From assembly GCA_965248265.1 (NCBI GenBank), contig CBDFJF010000002.1, positions 3,520,001 to 3,584,000 on the forward strand: 64,000 nt of DNA, in the 5' to 3' direction. The DNA comes from Candidatus Latescibacterota bacterium (lineage in GTDB: Bacteria; Latescibacterota; UBA2968; UBA8231). Shown here piece after piece: positions 11,573 to 20,905 of the stretch. The notes beneath the pieces were generated by a model that was not told where the DNA came from, did not search any database, and worked only from the letters and a program-made list of their open reading frames with translations. The translations under genes and the position numbers were made by a program. Every line of letters starts with the position of its first letter. The first letter of the stretch is position 1.

Positions 11573-12181
11573 ATGGCAATCATCCCAATCGTCATCGAAC
11601 AGACCGGACGCGGCGAGCGCGCCTACGATATTTTCTCACGGCTGCTGAAAGAGCGAATCATTTTCATGGGGATGCCGATCGACGACGCTGAGGCAAACCT
11701 CGTCATCGCGCAGTTGTTGTTCCTCGCCTCTGAAGATCCCAAGAAAGACATCTCTCTCTACATCAACAGCCCGGGGGGCCATATCACCTCCGGCCTGGCC
11801 ATATACGATACCATGCAGCACGTTCCCTGCGACGTTGCCACGCTGTGCGTGGGCCAGGCCTACAGCATGAGTGCGATTCTTCTCGCTGGGGGAACAACAG
11901 GCAAGAGGCATGCGCTTCCGCATTCCCGAATCATGCTGCATCAGCCATGGGGCGGCGTAGGCGGCCAGGCCACGGATGTCGAGATTCACGCTAGGGAAAT
12001 CATGGAGTGGCGCGAGAGGTTGAACATGATCATCGCCGACAACACGGGCCAGAAGCAGGAGACGGTGGAGCAGGTGACCGAGAGGAACTACTTTCTGTCA
12101 CCGGATGAGGCGGTGGAGTTTGGCCTGATAGATGGAATATTCGAGAATTCCTACGAGATGCAGTCGGACGCCGCCGGCTGA
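11573..12181 (+). CDS. clpP: Clp protease proteolytic subunit (Asn at the catalytic Asp position)
   Basis: [32 protein letters not shown]; ERNYFLS where ERDxFLS is usual. Confidence 0.93.
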   Translation: MAIIPIVIEQTGRGERAYDIFSRLLKERIIFMGMPIDDAEANLVIAQLLFLASEDPKKDISLYINSPGGHITSGLAIYDTMQHVPCDVATLCVGQAYSMSAILLAGGTTGKRHALPHSRIMLHQPWGGVGGQATDVEIHAREIMEWRERLNMIIADNTGQKQETVEQVTERNYFLSPDEAVEFGLIDGIFENSYEMQSDAAG

Positions 12182-12188
12182 CTCACTC

Positions 12189-13067
12189 CTATTCGAAGAC
12201 CGTCTGGTTGCGCCCCTCTCGTTTCGCCTGATACATCCGGCGATCCGTCAGTTCCACGAAATCCGCGATCGTCGACACTTCGTCCAGGGGCAGGGACACG
12301 ACCCCCGCGCTGATGGTCACTGTTACTGATCTATCCCCGCTCACGCATTTGTTGGCGGCAACCGTTTCGCGCACACGCTCAGCCAATATCGCTGCACCCA
12401 GGCGGTCCGTATGGGGAAGAATCATCGCGAATTCTTCCCCACCGTAGCGGGCCAGTACATCTTCTTTTCGAACTTGCTGTTGCACGAGGTCCGCAGTCTG
12501 TCGCAACACGGCGTCGCCGAACGGATGCCCCATGGTATCGTTGACTTTCTTGAAGTGATCGAGGTCGAACAGCACCAGTGACAACGCCGTTTCGTAGCGT
12601 TTGGCCTCCTCCCACCTTATCGCCAGTTGCTCCTCCATGTAGCGACGATTGTACCTACCGGTGAGTTGATCAATCACGGCCTGCGACCTGAGCTGATCGA
12701 GGCGTTCTTTCAACTGCAGAAACAATCGTTTGCGGTGCCGGAGGTCGTCGTGCTTCGGAGACGCGTCGACGCAGTCGATGATGATCAGGTCGGCGGTGTT
12801 TTCCCCTTCCCGTGGATCATCACCGACGACGATCACGGGAATATCTGCGCCGCGACAGACTTCGAACACTGACTGCAGCTCTTTTTCCGCATCTGATTGC
12901 CTGATCTTACCGTCCAGAACCAGAAGGTGGGGCGCGTCCTCGGACAACAACTGCCGTCCCTCACCCACCGACCGTGCGTTGGTTACCTCATCACTGTCCC
13001 CGGTTACAGCCCGGGACAGGTCCGCGGACAACTCGGCGTCGTCAGACAGTATCAAAACTCGGTTCAT
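12189..13067 (-). CDS. diguanylate cyclase with atypical receiver domain
   Basis: DQLTGRYNRR, DLDHFKKVND, I-site RKED, RYGGEEF; N-terminal REC-like fold (LLVLD) lacking the usual Lys. Confidence 0.88.
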   Translation of the reverse strand: MNRVLILSDDAELSADLSRAVTGDSDEVTNARSVGEGRQLLSEDAPHLLVLDGKIRQSDAEKELQSVFEVCRGADIPVIVVGDDPREGENTADLIIIDCVDASPKHDDLRHRKRLFLQLKERLDQLRSQAVIDQLTGRYNRRYMEEQLAIRWEEAKRYETALSLVLFDLDHFKKVNDTMGHPFGDAVLRQTADLVQQQVRKEDVLARYGGEEFAMILPHTDRLGAAILAERVRETVAANKCVSGDRSVTVTISAGVVSLPLDEVSTIADFVELTDRRMYQAKREGRNQTVFE

Positions 13068-14104
13068 ATGGTGTCACGATCCATTGAGAATGCACGTGTT
13101 TGGTGAATATCGTCTATGCCCGATAACACGGCGATCAACCGGTCCAGACCAAGGGCCATGCCCCCGGCCATTGGCATTTGTCCGTCACTCAACATACGCA
13201 AAAAAGCTTCATCGAGTGGGAGTGTCGATGCTCCTCCCCGGCTTCTTCTTGCAGTGCGCTGCGCCATGAACCGTCGCCGCTGCTCACGTCCATCGGTAAG
13301 TTCGCTGAAGCCGTTGGCCAGTTCGACTCCACCAATGTACAGTTCCAAGCGCTCCGCGACTCGATAGTCAGGAGGACGAAGCCGGGCCAGCGCAGCCAAT
13401 GCCGCTGGATAGTCCTTCAGGAAAACGGCATGGGGCAACACCCCAAGGGCAGGCTCGACTCGCTCTATCATCAGTTTGAAGAATACGTCCTCCCACGAGT
13501 CCGTCTTCCCGATGATGACGCCGCATTGTTCCAGTGCGGCGCGCCGAAAACCCTCGGGATCGGTCTCAGGATAGTCGAGAGGATCGATCCCGGCATAGGT
13601 CATAAACGCTTCTGAAACAGATAGATGCTGCCATTGGGCTGCTATATCCACGGTCCCACAAGCGGTCGTCATCTCGGTTCCCTCGAACACCTTCCTGGAC
13701 AGACGACGGGTCATGTTTTCGAGGTCATCGGCTACCTCGAGGTAGCCGGCCTCTGTCCGGTACCACTCGACCATGGTGAATTCGGGCAGGTGCATGCTCG
13801 ATGATTCCCCATCACGAAAACAGCTGCCAATTTGAAATATCCGTTGGCACCCGTGTCCCAGGAGTCGCTTCATGTGATGCTCGGGCGATGTTACCAGGTA
13901 ACACGTACGGGTACCCGCCTCCTGGTCATCGTATTCGGTCCGAAAGGGGCGAATGTGCGTCTCTTGTCCGGGGGTACTCAGCAGGATGGGAGTCTGGACT
14001 TCGAGAAATCCAGCCTCGTCGAAGAAAGCTCGGATCTCCGAGAGAGCAGCCGCTCGCTGCTCCAGCCGAGCAATCAATCCCTTGTCGTCTGTCTGCTCGC
14101 GCAC
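13064..14104 (-). CDS. epmA: EF-P lysine aminoacylase EpmA/GenX
   Basis: LysRS catalytic domain without anticodon domain; YLVTSPEHHMKRLL, HLPEFTMVEWYR, ELANGFSELTD, GMALGLDRL. Confidence 0.88.
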   Translation of the reverse strand: MREQTDDKGLIARLEQRAAALSEIRAFFDEAGFLEVQTPILLSTPGQETHIRPFRTEYDDQEAGTRTCYLVTSPEHHMKRLLGHGCQRIFQIGSCFRDGESSSMHLPEFTMVEWYRTEAGYLEVADDLENMTRRLSRKVFEGTEMTTACGTVDIAAQWQHLSVSEAFMTYAGIDPLDYPETDPEGFRRAALEQCGVIIGKTDSWEDVFFKLMIERVEPALGVLPHAVFLKDYPAALAALARLRPPDYRVAERLELYIGGVELANGFSELTDGREQRRRFMAQRTARRSRGGASTLPLDEAFLRMLSDGQMPMAGGMALGLDRLIAVLSGIDDIHQTRAFSMDRDTI

Positions 14105-14186
14105 CTGTCCATTTCAGGATACAAGACGGGGGTGGTCATTTTAGATGGGCTGAACGAGAGAGCTAGTGACAGGGCACTTGGGCGCG

Positions 14187-15416
14187 TCACGCCCGCTTCT
14201 TGCGATAAATGAACTCCGGCGGACCCTTGGCAGCAATAAAGTCAGCGGTAATGATACATTCCTTGACATCATCACGTGAGGGCAACTCATACATGATTTC
14301 ATACATGGAGGTCTCAAGGACCGAGCGCAACCCTCTCGCGCCCATATCTTTAGCCTGGGTCATCTCAACGACCTTGTCAATGGCGTCGTCCTCGAATTTC
14401 AGACTCATTCCATCCATTTCAAACAGCTTCTGGTACTGTCGGATTAGGGCGTTCTTTGGCTTGCTCATGATCTCGCGCAGAGCGTCGTTGCTCAGAGGAT
14501 GGAGCGCGCTGACGACTGGCAGGCGGCCAATCAACTCCGGGATGAGACCATACTGGATTAGATCTTCCGGTTCCACCTGCGCGAGTGGATTGATCTCGTC
14601 TGTGCTCCCGTCACTATTAAGCTGGGCACCGAATCCGATAGCATTGCGACCGACCCGGGCGCTGATCACCTTGTCCAGTCCGTCGAAGGCGCCGCCACAA
14701 ATAAACAAGATGTTACGGGTATTGATCTGAACCAATGGCTGCTCGGGATGCTTGCGCCCGCCCTTGGGAGGGACGCCGGAGACCGTACCCTCCAGAATCT
14801 TGAGCAACTCCTGTTGCACACCCTCACCTGAAACATCTCTGGTGATTGACGGATTGCCTGACTTTCGAGCGATCTTGTCAATCTCGTCGATGAACAGGAT
14901 TCCGCGCTCTGCCTGGCTGACTTCGTAATCGGCAGCTTGCAGAATCCGGACCAGGATGTTTTCCACGTCCTCGCCGACGTACCCGGCTTCAGTCAGTACG
15001 GTGGCGTCCACGATCGCGAACGGGACCTGCAGGACCCGTGCCAGCGTTTCCGCAAGCAGCGTCTTTCCGGTGCCCGTCGATCCCAGCAGAAGGATGTTGC
15101 TCTTCGACAACTCAACATCAGAGGCACTCGAGTAGACGCGCTTATAGTGGTTGTACACGGCGACGCATACGGCCTTTTTGGCTCGCTCCTGGCCTATGAC
15201 GTGCTCATCCAGATGTGCTTTGATTTCTGCCGGCTTGGGCAGCGGATGCCCATTCAGGTTGGGTTGCTGTCGACTTTCATCATCCAATACCTCGTTACAC
15301 AACCCCACGCACTCATTGCAGATGTGGACGGAGGGTCCAGTGATGATCTTGTCGACTTGGCCTACACCCTTTCCGCAGAAAGAGCAACTGACCGTATTTC
15401 TGGGTTTTTTCAGCAA
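14187..15416 (-). CDS. clpX: ATP-dependent Clp protease ATP-binding subunit
   Basis: C4 zinc finger CSFCGK...[30 protein letters not shown] loop. Confidence 0.97.
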   Translation of the reverse strand: MLKKPRNTVSCSFCGKGVGQVDKIITGPSVHICNECVGLCNEVLDDESRQQPNLNGHPLPKPAEIKAHLDEHVIGQERAKKAVCVAVYNHYKRVYSSASDVELSKSNILLLGSTGTGKTLLAETLARVLQVPFAIVDATVLTEAGYVGEDVENILVRILQAADYEVSQAERGILFIDEIDKIARKSGNPSITRDVSGEGVQQELLKILEGTVSGVPPKGGRKHPEQPLVQINTRNILFICGGAFDGLDKVISARVGRNAIGFGAQLNSDGSTDEINPLAQVEPEDLIQYGLIPELIGRLPVVSALHPLSNDALREIMSKPKNALIRQYQKLFEMDGMSLKFEDDAIDKVVEMTQAKDMGARGLRSVLETSMYEIMYELPSRDDVKECIITADFIAAKGPPEFIYRKKRA

Positions 15417-15431
15417 GGATCGTTTACGCCG

Positions 15432-16289
15432 TTATGCCTCGCCGCCTTCGGCGAAGAAACGACTGTCGGCCGTGTCATTATTGTGCTCGGATTCTGAAGC
15501 CTCGTATCCATCTACCGTATCATTATCGGAAGAAATCACGCCAAAGCCAGTCTCCCCCGCTTCATTGGACCGGGACTCTTCTCCCTGCTGCTCGATCTGT
15601 GTGGTTGTGGCCTCTTCTACAGGCTCTCCTACCGTCGATAAGTCCCCTGTCGGGGACTCTGTTCCATGGGATTCGTCCGAACCCTGATCATCCACCACCT
15701 GGGCATGAGGCTCGTCGTCGGACTGAACAACATCGCCAGAGACCCCCCCCTCACTCACGGGCTCTTGCGGTTCCTGTGCATCCTCAGGATCTGCGGGAGC
15801 CCCGCTCCCATCTGTCTCCGACTTCATGACATTCACGGCCTGGAACCCCTTGGCCGTCTTCGTGACCATGAATTCGACCTGGTCGCCCTGGACCAGGGAG
15901 CGGTCCCAGGATGATATGTCGCGCCAGTGCACGAACACATCGGTGTCACTGTCGGTCGAAATGAATCCGTACCCCTTGTCGTTATTGAACCATTTTACTG
16001 AGCCCTTGATCCAGCTGTTCTCCGCGAGAGTGGAGGGTGAATCCCCGTTGGCCTTGGGTTCCGTATTCTTGCCCGCGGCAGGTGCTTTTCCAGTCTCGCT
16101 TTCGAGGATTTGGTCCGAGAACTGCCTGCGCAGTTCCGCTGAGGATCCCTCGCTCTCCAATAGCCAGTTGACCCCGTTGATCAGCCCGATAACGTACGCG
16201 CTGTCCACACCATGCAGACGTCTCGCCTCGACGATTCTGTCGGCCAGCGAGGCGAGGAAAGCGGTAGTCAACGTCAATGACGAACTCAA
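15432..16289 (-). CDS. cold-shock domain protein with N-terminal helical extension and long acidic tail
   Basis: GSVKWFNNDKGYGFI, DVFVH; probable TTG start at 16289 after GGAGAGGGGG. Confidence 0.75.
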   Translation of the reverse strand: MSSSLTLTTAFLASLADRIVEARRLHGVDSAYVIGLINGVNWLLESEGSSAELRRQFSDQILESETGKAPAAGKNTEPKANGDSPSTLAENSWIKGSVKWFNNDKGYGFISTDSDTDVFVHWRDISSWDRSLVQGDQVEFMVTKTAKGFQAVNVMKSETDGSGAPADPEDAQEPQEPVSEGGVSGDVVQSDDEPHAQVVDDQGSDESHGTESPTGDLSTVGEPVEEATTTQIEQQGEESRSNEAGETGFGVISSDNDTVDGYEASESEHNNDTADSRFFAEGGEA

Positions 16290-16435
16290 GGTACACCCCC
16301 TCTCCTTGTGTTGGCCCTTGCCGGCGGCATCCACCATCTGTCGGCGCCTGGCCGGCAGCTAGCTGTATTCCTTATATGAACCATCAATGCCCTGTTCCTG
16401 AGTTAGCTCTAAGTACCAACATGCCCCATGTCTTG

Positions 16436-17866
16436 TCAACCAGTTCCAGGAGCGCGATACCCTTTGATTCCCTCGTAGATGGTCTGCGAACTGACCTTCA
16501 GGATCCCTGTCACGGGTACTGCTATGAGCATACCCGGCAACCCCATCAGATCACTGCCGATCATTACCACTACCAGAACGACCAGGGGATGGAGGTTGAC
16601 GCTGCGGGCGACGACGAGGGGCTGAATTAGGACATTGTCGATAACCTGAATCGCCAGGAACAGGATGATTACTTTCGTGACCATCGCGGAACCACCGCCG
16701 ATCGCGATGGCGACGATCGAGGCCGAGACGATTCCTATCAGGGGACCGACGTAAGGAATCATGTTGGACAAGCCAGCCAACAGCCCAACTGGCAACGCGT
16801 ACGTCAGACCGATTATCTGTAGACCAAGTGTTGCCAGTGAGGCAACGACGGTCACAGCCAGCAGTTGTCCTCGTATGTATCCTCCGATCTGACCATTGAT
16901 CTGATGCAGAAGGTTCAGGAACAGTTCGAAGTAGGCGTTGGGCACCAGCTCGACGAGCCCGTGGTTGATGCGGCGCCCTTCCTTCATGAAAAAGAAAGCA
17001 ACAAACGGCACGATGATGACGTAAATCAGGCCGGAAAACACACCACTCAACAGGTCGGTCGTGCGTCCGAGGAGCTTGTTGATCAACAGACTGCCATGCT
17101 CTTTGATCAACGAGGCCAGGTCGGTCTCCGTGGAAGTGTACTGCTGAATCAAGGGTTCCAACTCCTGAGCCTTGGCGCTGATCCGGGTGATGATATTCGG
17201 CCCGGCGCTACCGAAATCCAAAAGCCTGGAAGATAGCGTAACCCCATCCCACGTCCTGCCTTCGGCGTAATGGGCGTCGTTGGAGTCAGGTGACTTGTTG
17301 CCGAGCAATTTCAGGATTTCGGAACGTTCGGTATCTGGACGCTTGAGTTTTATGCGACCGCTGTGCGGATTCACGTCACCTGGAGCGAAGCGGAACCTCA
17401 GGGTATCGGTCTTACCCGGTAGCAGCTCGAAGTGCAGGTCTTCGCCAGAAATCGTCGAAAACGGACTCCCAGAGGATTGCCACACAAACTTGCCGTTGAT
17501 GATAACGGGAATCCCATCCTTGTCATTGGATACGACGATGCCCCGTTCCACTGACTCCTTGCGCATGAACTCCTCAATCAACTGGCCAAGTTCTTGTTTC
17601 AGTTTATTCCCAAGCGTGAACAGGCCGAGAGCGACACCGGAGATGGCGATCAGAAATATGATCAGGATACTCCAGGTGCGCCCCACGCCCCGGCCCTCCA
17701 TGCGATCGACGAGGGGCGTCAGCACATAAGACAACACGAATGCCAGGACGAAGGGTGCCAGGATTCCCTGCAGCGAGTAAACGATCCAGACCAGAGCCAG
17801 GCCCGCCGCCACCAGGAGAAGGGGCTTCAATCGCAGTCCGAGAAAGGGGGTTGATCGCTCTTCCAA
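16436..17866 (-). CDS. AI-2E family transporter with inserted soluble beta domain
   Basis: PFVLAFVLSYVLTPLVDRME, YIRGQL, IPYVGP, QVIDNVLIQP, LHPL; ~125-aa insertion after TM3. Confidence 0.85.
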   Translation of the reverse strand: MEERSTPFLGLRLKPLLLVAAGLALVWIVYSLQGILAPFVLAFVLSYVLTPLVDRMEGRGVGRTWSILIIFLIAISGVALGLFTLGNKLKQELGQLIEEFMRKESVERGIVVSNDKDGIPVIINGKFVWQSSGSPFSTISGEDLHFELLPGKTDTLRFRFAPGDVNPHSGRIKLKRPDTERSEILKLLGNKSPDSNDAHYAEGRTWDGVTLSSRLLDFGSAGPNIITRISAKAQELEPLIQQYTSTETDLASLIKEHGSLLINKLLGRTTDLLSGVFSGLIYVIIVPFVAFFFMKEGRRINHGLVELVPNAYFELFLNLLHQINGQIGGYIRGQLLAVTVVASLATLGLQIIGLTYALPVGLLAGLSNMIPYVGPLIGIVSASIVAIAIGGGSAMVTKVIILFLAIQVIDNVLIQPLVVARSVNLHPLVVLVVVMIGSDLMGLPGMLIAVPVTGILKVSSQTIYEGIKGYRAPGTG

Positions 17867-17873
17867 TGCTCAT

Positions 17874-18506
17874 TCACCCAGCTTGTGAAGACGCTGGTGA
17901 CGGGGATTCATCCTTCGCGTCGGCGGCGCTGTCATCCTCAGCTTGCTGCTCCTCGGCCTGGGCGCGGATTGCAGCCTGCTCTTTCTCCACTCGCTCGTCT
18001 TCTCGCGCCCGGGCTTCCTTCAGTAACCGGTTTGTGTGTCTGAGTCTGACCGACATCATCTGAGACAGACGCAAGACGATCTTGAGGCCGAGCCTCGGGT
18101 TGCGCTCGATCAATTCCAAGAGGTCCGGCCGAAAGAAGCCCACAGCCCGACAGGGCGCGCGCGCAATGGCGGAAGCTGTCCGGGCTGACTCGTCGACGAG
18201 TACCTGATCGCCGAAGAAATCGCCTGCGCCGAAACTCGCAAGACGAACATCCTCGCCATTCTCAGCGGTATGCACTATTTCGACCTCTCCTGAGAGGATC
18301 ACGTACATACCGACGCCCATGTCTCCTTCCGTGACAATACACTCGTCGGCTGCGTAGGAGCGTCGATGCAAAATACTCTCGATCTTCTTAAACTCGCGTC
18401 GGTTCAGATCCTTGAAGATGGGCACCTTGATAAGTATTTCGTAGAGCTCATCTTCCGATTGAGAATTGCGACGGAATATGTTGGACCAAAAAGGATCGTC
18501 TGCCAT
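17874..18506 (-). CDS. cyclic nucleotide-binding domain protein (no HTH)
   Basis: PIFKDL, EGDMGVGMYVILSGEVEI, GDFFGD, RTASAIA. Confidence 0.85.
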   Translation of the reverse strand: MADDPFWSNIFRRNSQSEDELYEILIKVPIFKDLNRREFKKIESILHRRSYAADECIVTEGDMGVGMYVILSGEVEIVHTAENGEDVRLASFGAGDFFGDQVLVDESARTASAIARAPCRAVGFFRPDLLELIERNPRLGLKIVLRLSQMMSVRLRHTNRLLKEARAREDERVEKEQAAIRAQAEEQQAEDDSAADAKDESPSPASSQAG

Positions 18507-18642
18507 GAGTATCCCGAGTGTCGTTTACTGATCTACAGCGCAGCGCACCAAAGGTGCGCTCGTGCACCGTGCACGAAACATCGACCGTCCCAATTTAGGG
18601 ACGTCACCGCTCTGAGTGAAGTGGTGTACTGATTCCGACACC

Positions 18643-18677
18643 AAAAAAAACGGCGCACTCAAAAAGAGGCGCCGTTT
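18643..18677 (-). terminator. intrinsic terminator after trxA
   Basis: Minus strand AAACGGCGC-CTC-TTTTT-GAG-T-GCGCCG followed by a T8 tract. Confidence 0.75.
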
Positions 18678-18742
18678 GGAGCATGCCGTTTGGAACATTG
18701 TTGTCAGATGTCGCAACGTGCCTGACATCGGGAAAAACGCGT

Positions 18743-19072
18743 TCAGTTGGTGAGCACGGCATCCAGCTTTTCGGTGATCTGCGTCTTGGGAACGGCACCG
18801 ATCACCTGGTCAGCGACCTTGCCCTCTTTGAAAATCAGCAGGGTCGGAATACTGCGGATACCAAACTCACCAGCGGTTTTTTGCGCCGCGTCGACGTCGA
18901 GTTTACACACCTTGGCGCGACCGTCGTACTCCCCCGCTAGCTCCTCAACAATCGGGGCGACCATCCTGCATGGTCCGCACCAGGCTGCCCAGAAATCTAC
19001 CAGTACCGGTTGATCTGATTGTAGTACCTCTTCAGAGAAATTGTCATCCGTCAAAGCTATTGGTTCGCTCAT
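18743..19072 (-). CDS. trxA: thioredoxin
   Basis: VLVDFWAAWCGPC, IRSIPTL. Confidence 0.97.
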   Translation of the reverse strand: MSEPIALTDDNFSEEVLQSDQPVLVDFWAAWCGPCRMVAPIVEELAGEYDGRAKVCKLDVDAAQKTAGEFGIRSIPTLLIFKEGKVADQVIGAVPKTQITEKLDAVLTN

Positions 19073-19138
19073 TCAATCCTCGCGGCGCTGGGGAACGCAT
19101 TATAAGTGGCAAATTAACAGCATGTTATGCGATTTGTC

Positions 19139-19167
19139 AATATAACTTTCTGCAGAAACCATGTCAA
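19139..19167 (-). promoter_or_regulatory. sigma70 promoter of trxA
   Basis: Minus strand TTGACA-N17-TATATT. Confidence 0.65.
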
Positions 19168-19187
19168 CCCTCAGGAAGCGAGGGTGG

Positions 19188-20228
19188 TCAATTCGCCGGA
19201 GGAGTGCCGATTTGTACACGACTCAGGCACAGGTCCATGATCAAACCGCTGTGTCTTCGGCTGTGTGACTTGAGGTTGAGATCGGCTTCAGACAAAGCCT
19301 CAAGCCCCTTCCAGAGTTCACGTGAATTCGCCCGGCCTGCCTGCGATCGGTAGGTGCGCAGGAAGTAAGGCGAAACACCCAATCGGCGACTCAGTTCTGC
19401 CGCTGGCAACCCCTGAGCCTCGAGGGCAGCTGTTTTCAGCAGCAGATTGAGGTGACGATTGATCATGGCCACGATCCGAATGGGCTCTTCGCCCTGATTC
19501 AGAAGCGTCTGCAGAAGGGAAGAGGCCTTCTTTCTGTCACCAACAGCAATCGCGTCGGTAAGCCCAAAGATACTGGCTTCTCCGGAACTGCTGGCCAGGG
19601 CGATAACAGAATCTCGGGTGATGGGGTTCCCCACACCCACGTACAGAGCGAGTTTGTCGATTTCACTGGCGAGTTCGCGAGGGTGGGGACCGACATAGAT
19701 TCGCAATACATCCGCCCCCTCGGGTTCGATGGCGATCCCCTCTTCACGGCAGTGGCGCGTTATCCAGGCAGGGACTTCGTTGTCGTAGAGTGCGGGGAAT
19801 TCCACTCCCTGCCCCAAGGCAGCCATCTGTTTGAACAGCCGCCGTCTTGCATCGACCTTTTCTCCGGTGGCGATAACGATCGTGGAGTCGACCGGATCGC
19901 TGACAATCGGTTCCAGCGCCCGACACTGATCAGCAGACAACCGTTCACAACCCTTGAGCGTCAATACGCGCCTATCCGCCATCACCGGGTAGGCACGGTA
20001 GGCGTCGAGCAGGCGCTCGACTTCGAGGCTGTCGGCGTGGAAGGTTTCCACGTTGAACTCGCGCGCTGCGGTGGGTGCCAAACGCTCGAACAGCCAGCGC
20101 ACGGCACGGTTCCGTCCAAACTCCTCGGCCCCATGAAGGAGATAATATCCGGCCGGATCACTCTCATCCTCAATCTGCGCGCGCAGATCCTCCCAGCCGG
20201 GCTTGCGGCCCTTACCGCGTTTGCTCAA
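19188..20228 (-). CDS. holA: DNA polymerase III delta subunit
   Basis: YYLLHGAEEF, FNVETF, ELASEIDKLALY, IFGLTDAI, LGVSPYF. Confidence 0.88.
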   Translation of the reverse strand: MSKRGKGRKPGWEDLRAQIEDESDPAGYYLLHGAEEFGRNRAVRWLFERLAPTAAREFNVETFHADSLEVERLLDAYRAYPVMADRRVLTLKGCERLSADQCRALEPIVSDPVDSTIVIATGEKVDARRRLFKQMAALGQGVEFPALYDNEVPAWITRHCREEGIAIEPEGADVLRIYVGPHPRELASEIDKLALYVGVGNPITRDSVIALASSSGEASIFGLTDAIAVGDRKKASSLLQTLLNQGEEPIRIVAMINRHLNLLLKTAALEAQGLPAAELSRRLGVSPYFLRTYRSQAGRANSRELWKGLEALSEADLNLKSHSRRHSGLIMDLCLSRVQIGTPPAN

Positions 20229-20380
20229 TCGACATCCTCGAAATCTGCATCGATGACCTTCTTCTTCTTCACGAAGGGGCCCGAGCGCCTGCGCGCCTTC
20301 TGGTCACGTCGCCAGCCCAGCGAGCGCGCGAGTTGAAAACACAAGGTACCAAACAGAATGGCAAGCGCGACCTTGAGCAT
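20225..20380 (-). CDS. 51-aa membrane-anchored small protein (absent from ORF track)
   Basis: Manual translation MLKVALAILFGTLCFQLARSLGWRRDQKARRRSGPFVKKKKVIDADFEDVD; AGGAG SD; stop overlaps the holA start (TTGA). Confidence 0.7.
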   Translation of the reverse strand: MLKVALAILFGTLCFQLARSLGWRRDQKARRRSGPFVKKKKVIDADFEDVD

Positions 20381-20405
20381 AGAAGCTTATCTCCTGTGCA
20401 CCGGG

Positions 20406-20867
20406 TCAATCACCAGACGAGGGCCACTTCAGTGGGAAGGGCTCAGTCTTGCCGGCTTGCGTCCACAGCTTCTCCAGGTTCTCAAAATGGTCTTCAACGG
20501 ATCGGCGAATGGTACGAATCTGTTTGCTGGCACTGACAGTAAATGTTGGGAAATCGGGTTCGACGATCTGCTTCAAACCGCGGTCGAGCGCTCTCCCAAG
20601 GGCGTTGTGCGTCGCCTTGATGAACTTGTCGTCGGGACTACCCAGTTTGTCCAATTCTTCCCTATACGCCTGAATGATCTCTCTGACATCACGAGCCTGG
20701 CGTTCGAGCCCTGGGTTACCCAGGTACACCTGGTAGCGTGATAGCTGCTCATTGTACTTCTGTAATGGCCCGAACTGGGTCACGTAGGGAGTCAATTCAT
20801 CCGGCGGTTCCGCGCATCCTCCCACAGCGACCGCCACAACCGCGAGCGAGAGCAAGGTCTTGTACAT
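20406..20867 (-). CDS. hypothetical helical lipoprotein
   Basis: Lipoprotein signal MYKTLLSLAVVAVAVGG-C; GGAG SD before ATG 20867. Confidence 0.7.
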   Translation of the reverse strand: MYKTLLSLAVVAVAVGGCAEPPDELTPYVTQFGPLQKYNEQLSRYQVYLGNPGLERQARDVREIIQAYREELDKLGSPDDKFIKATHNALGRALDRGLKQIVEPDFPTFTVSASKQIRTIRRSVEDHFENLEKLWTQAGKTEPFPLKWPSSGD

Positions 20868-20905
20868 GGCCTTTGTCTCCTTTGAGTTGGACATCCCTTC
20901 CACGT

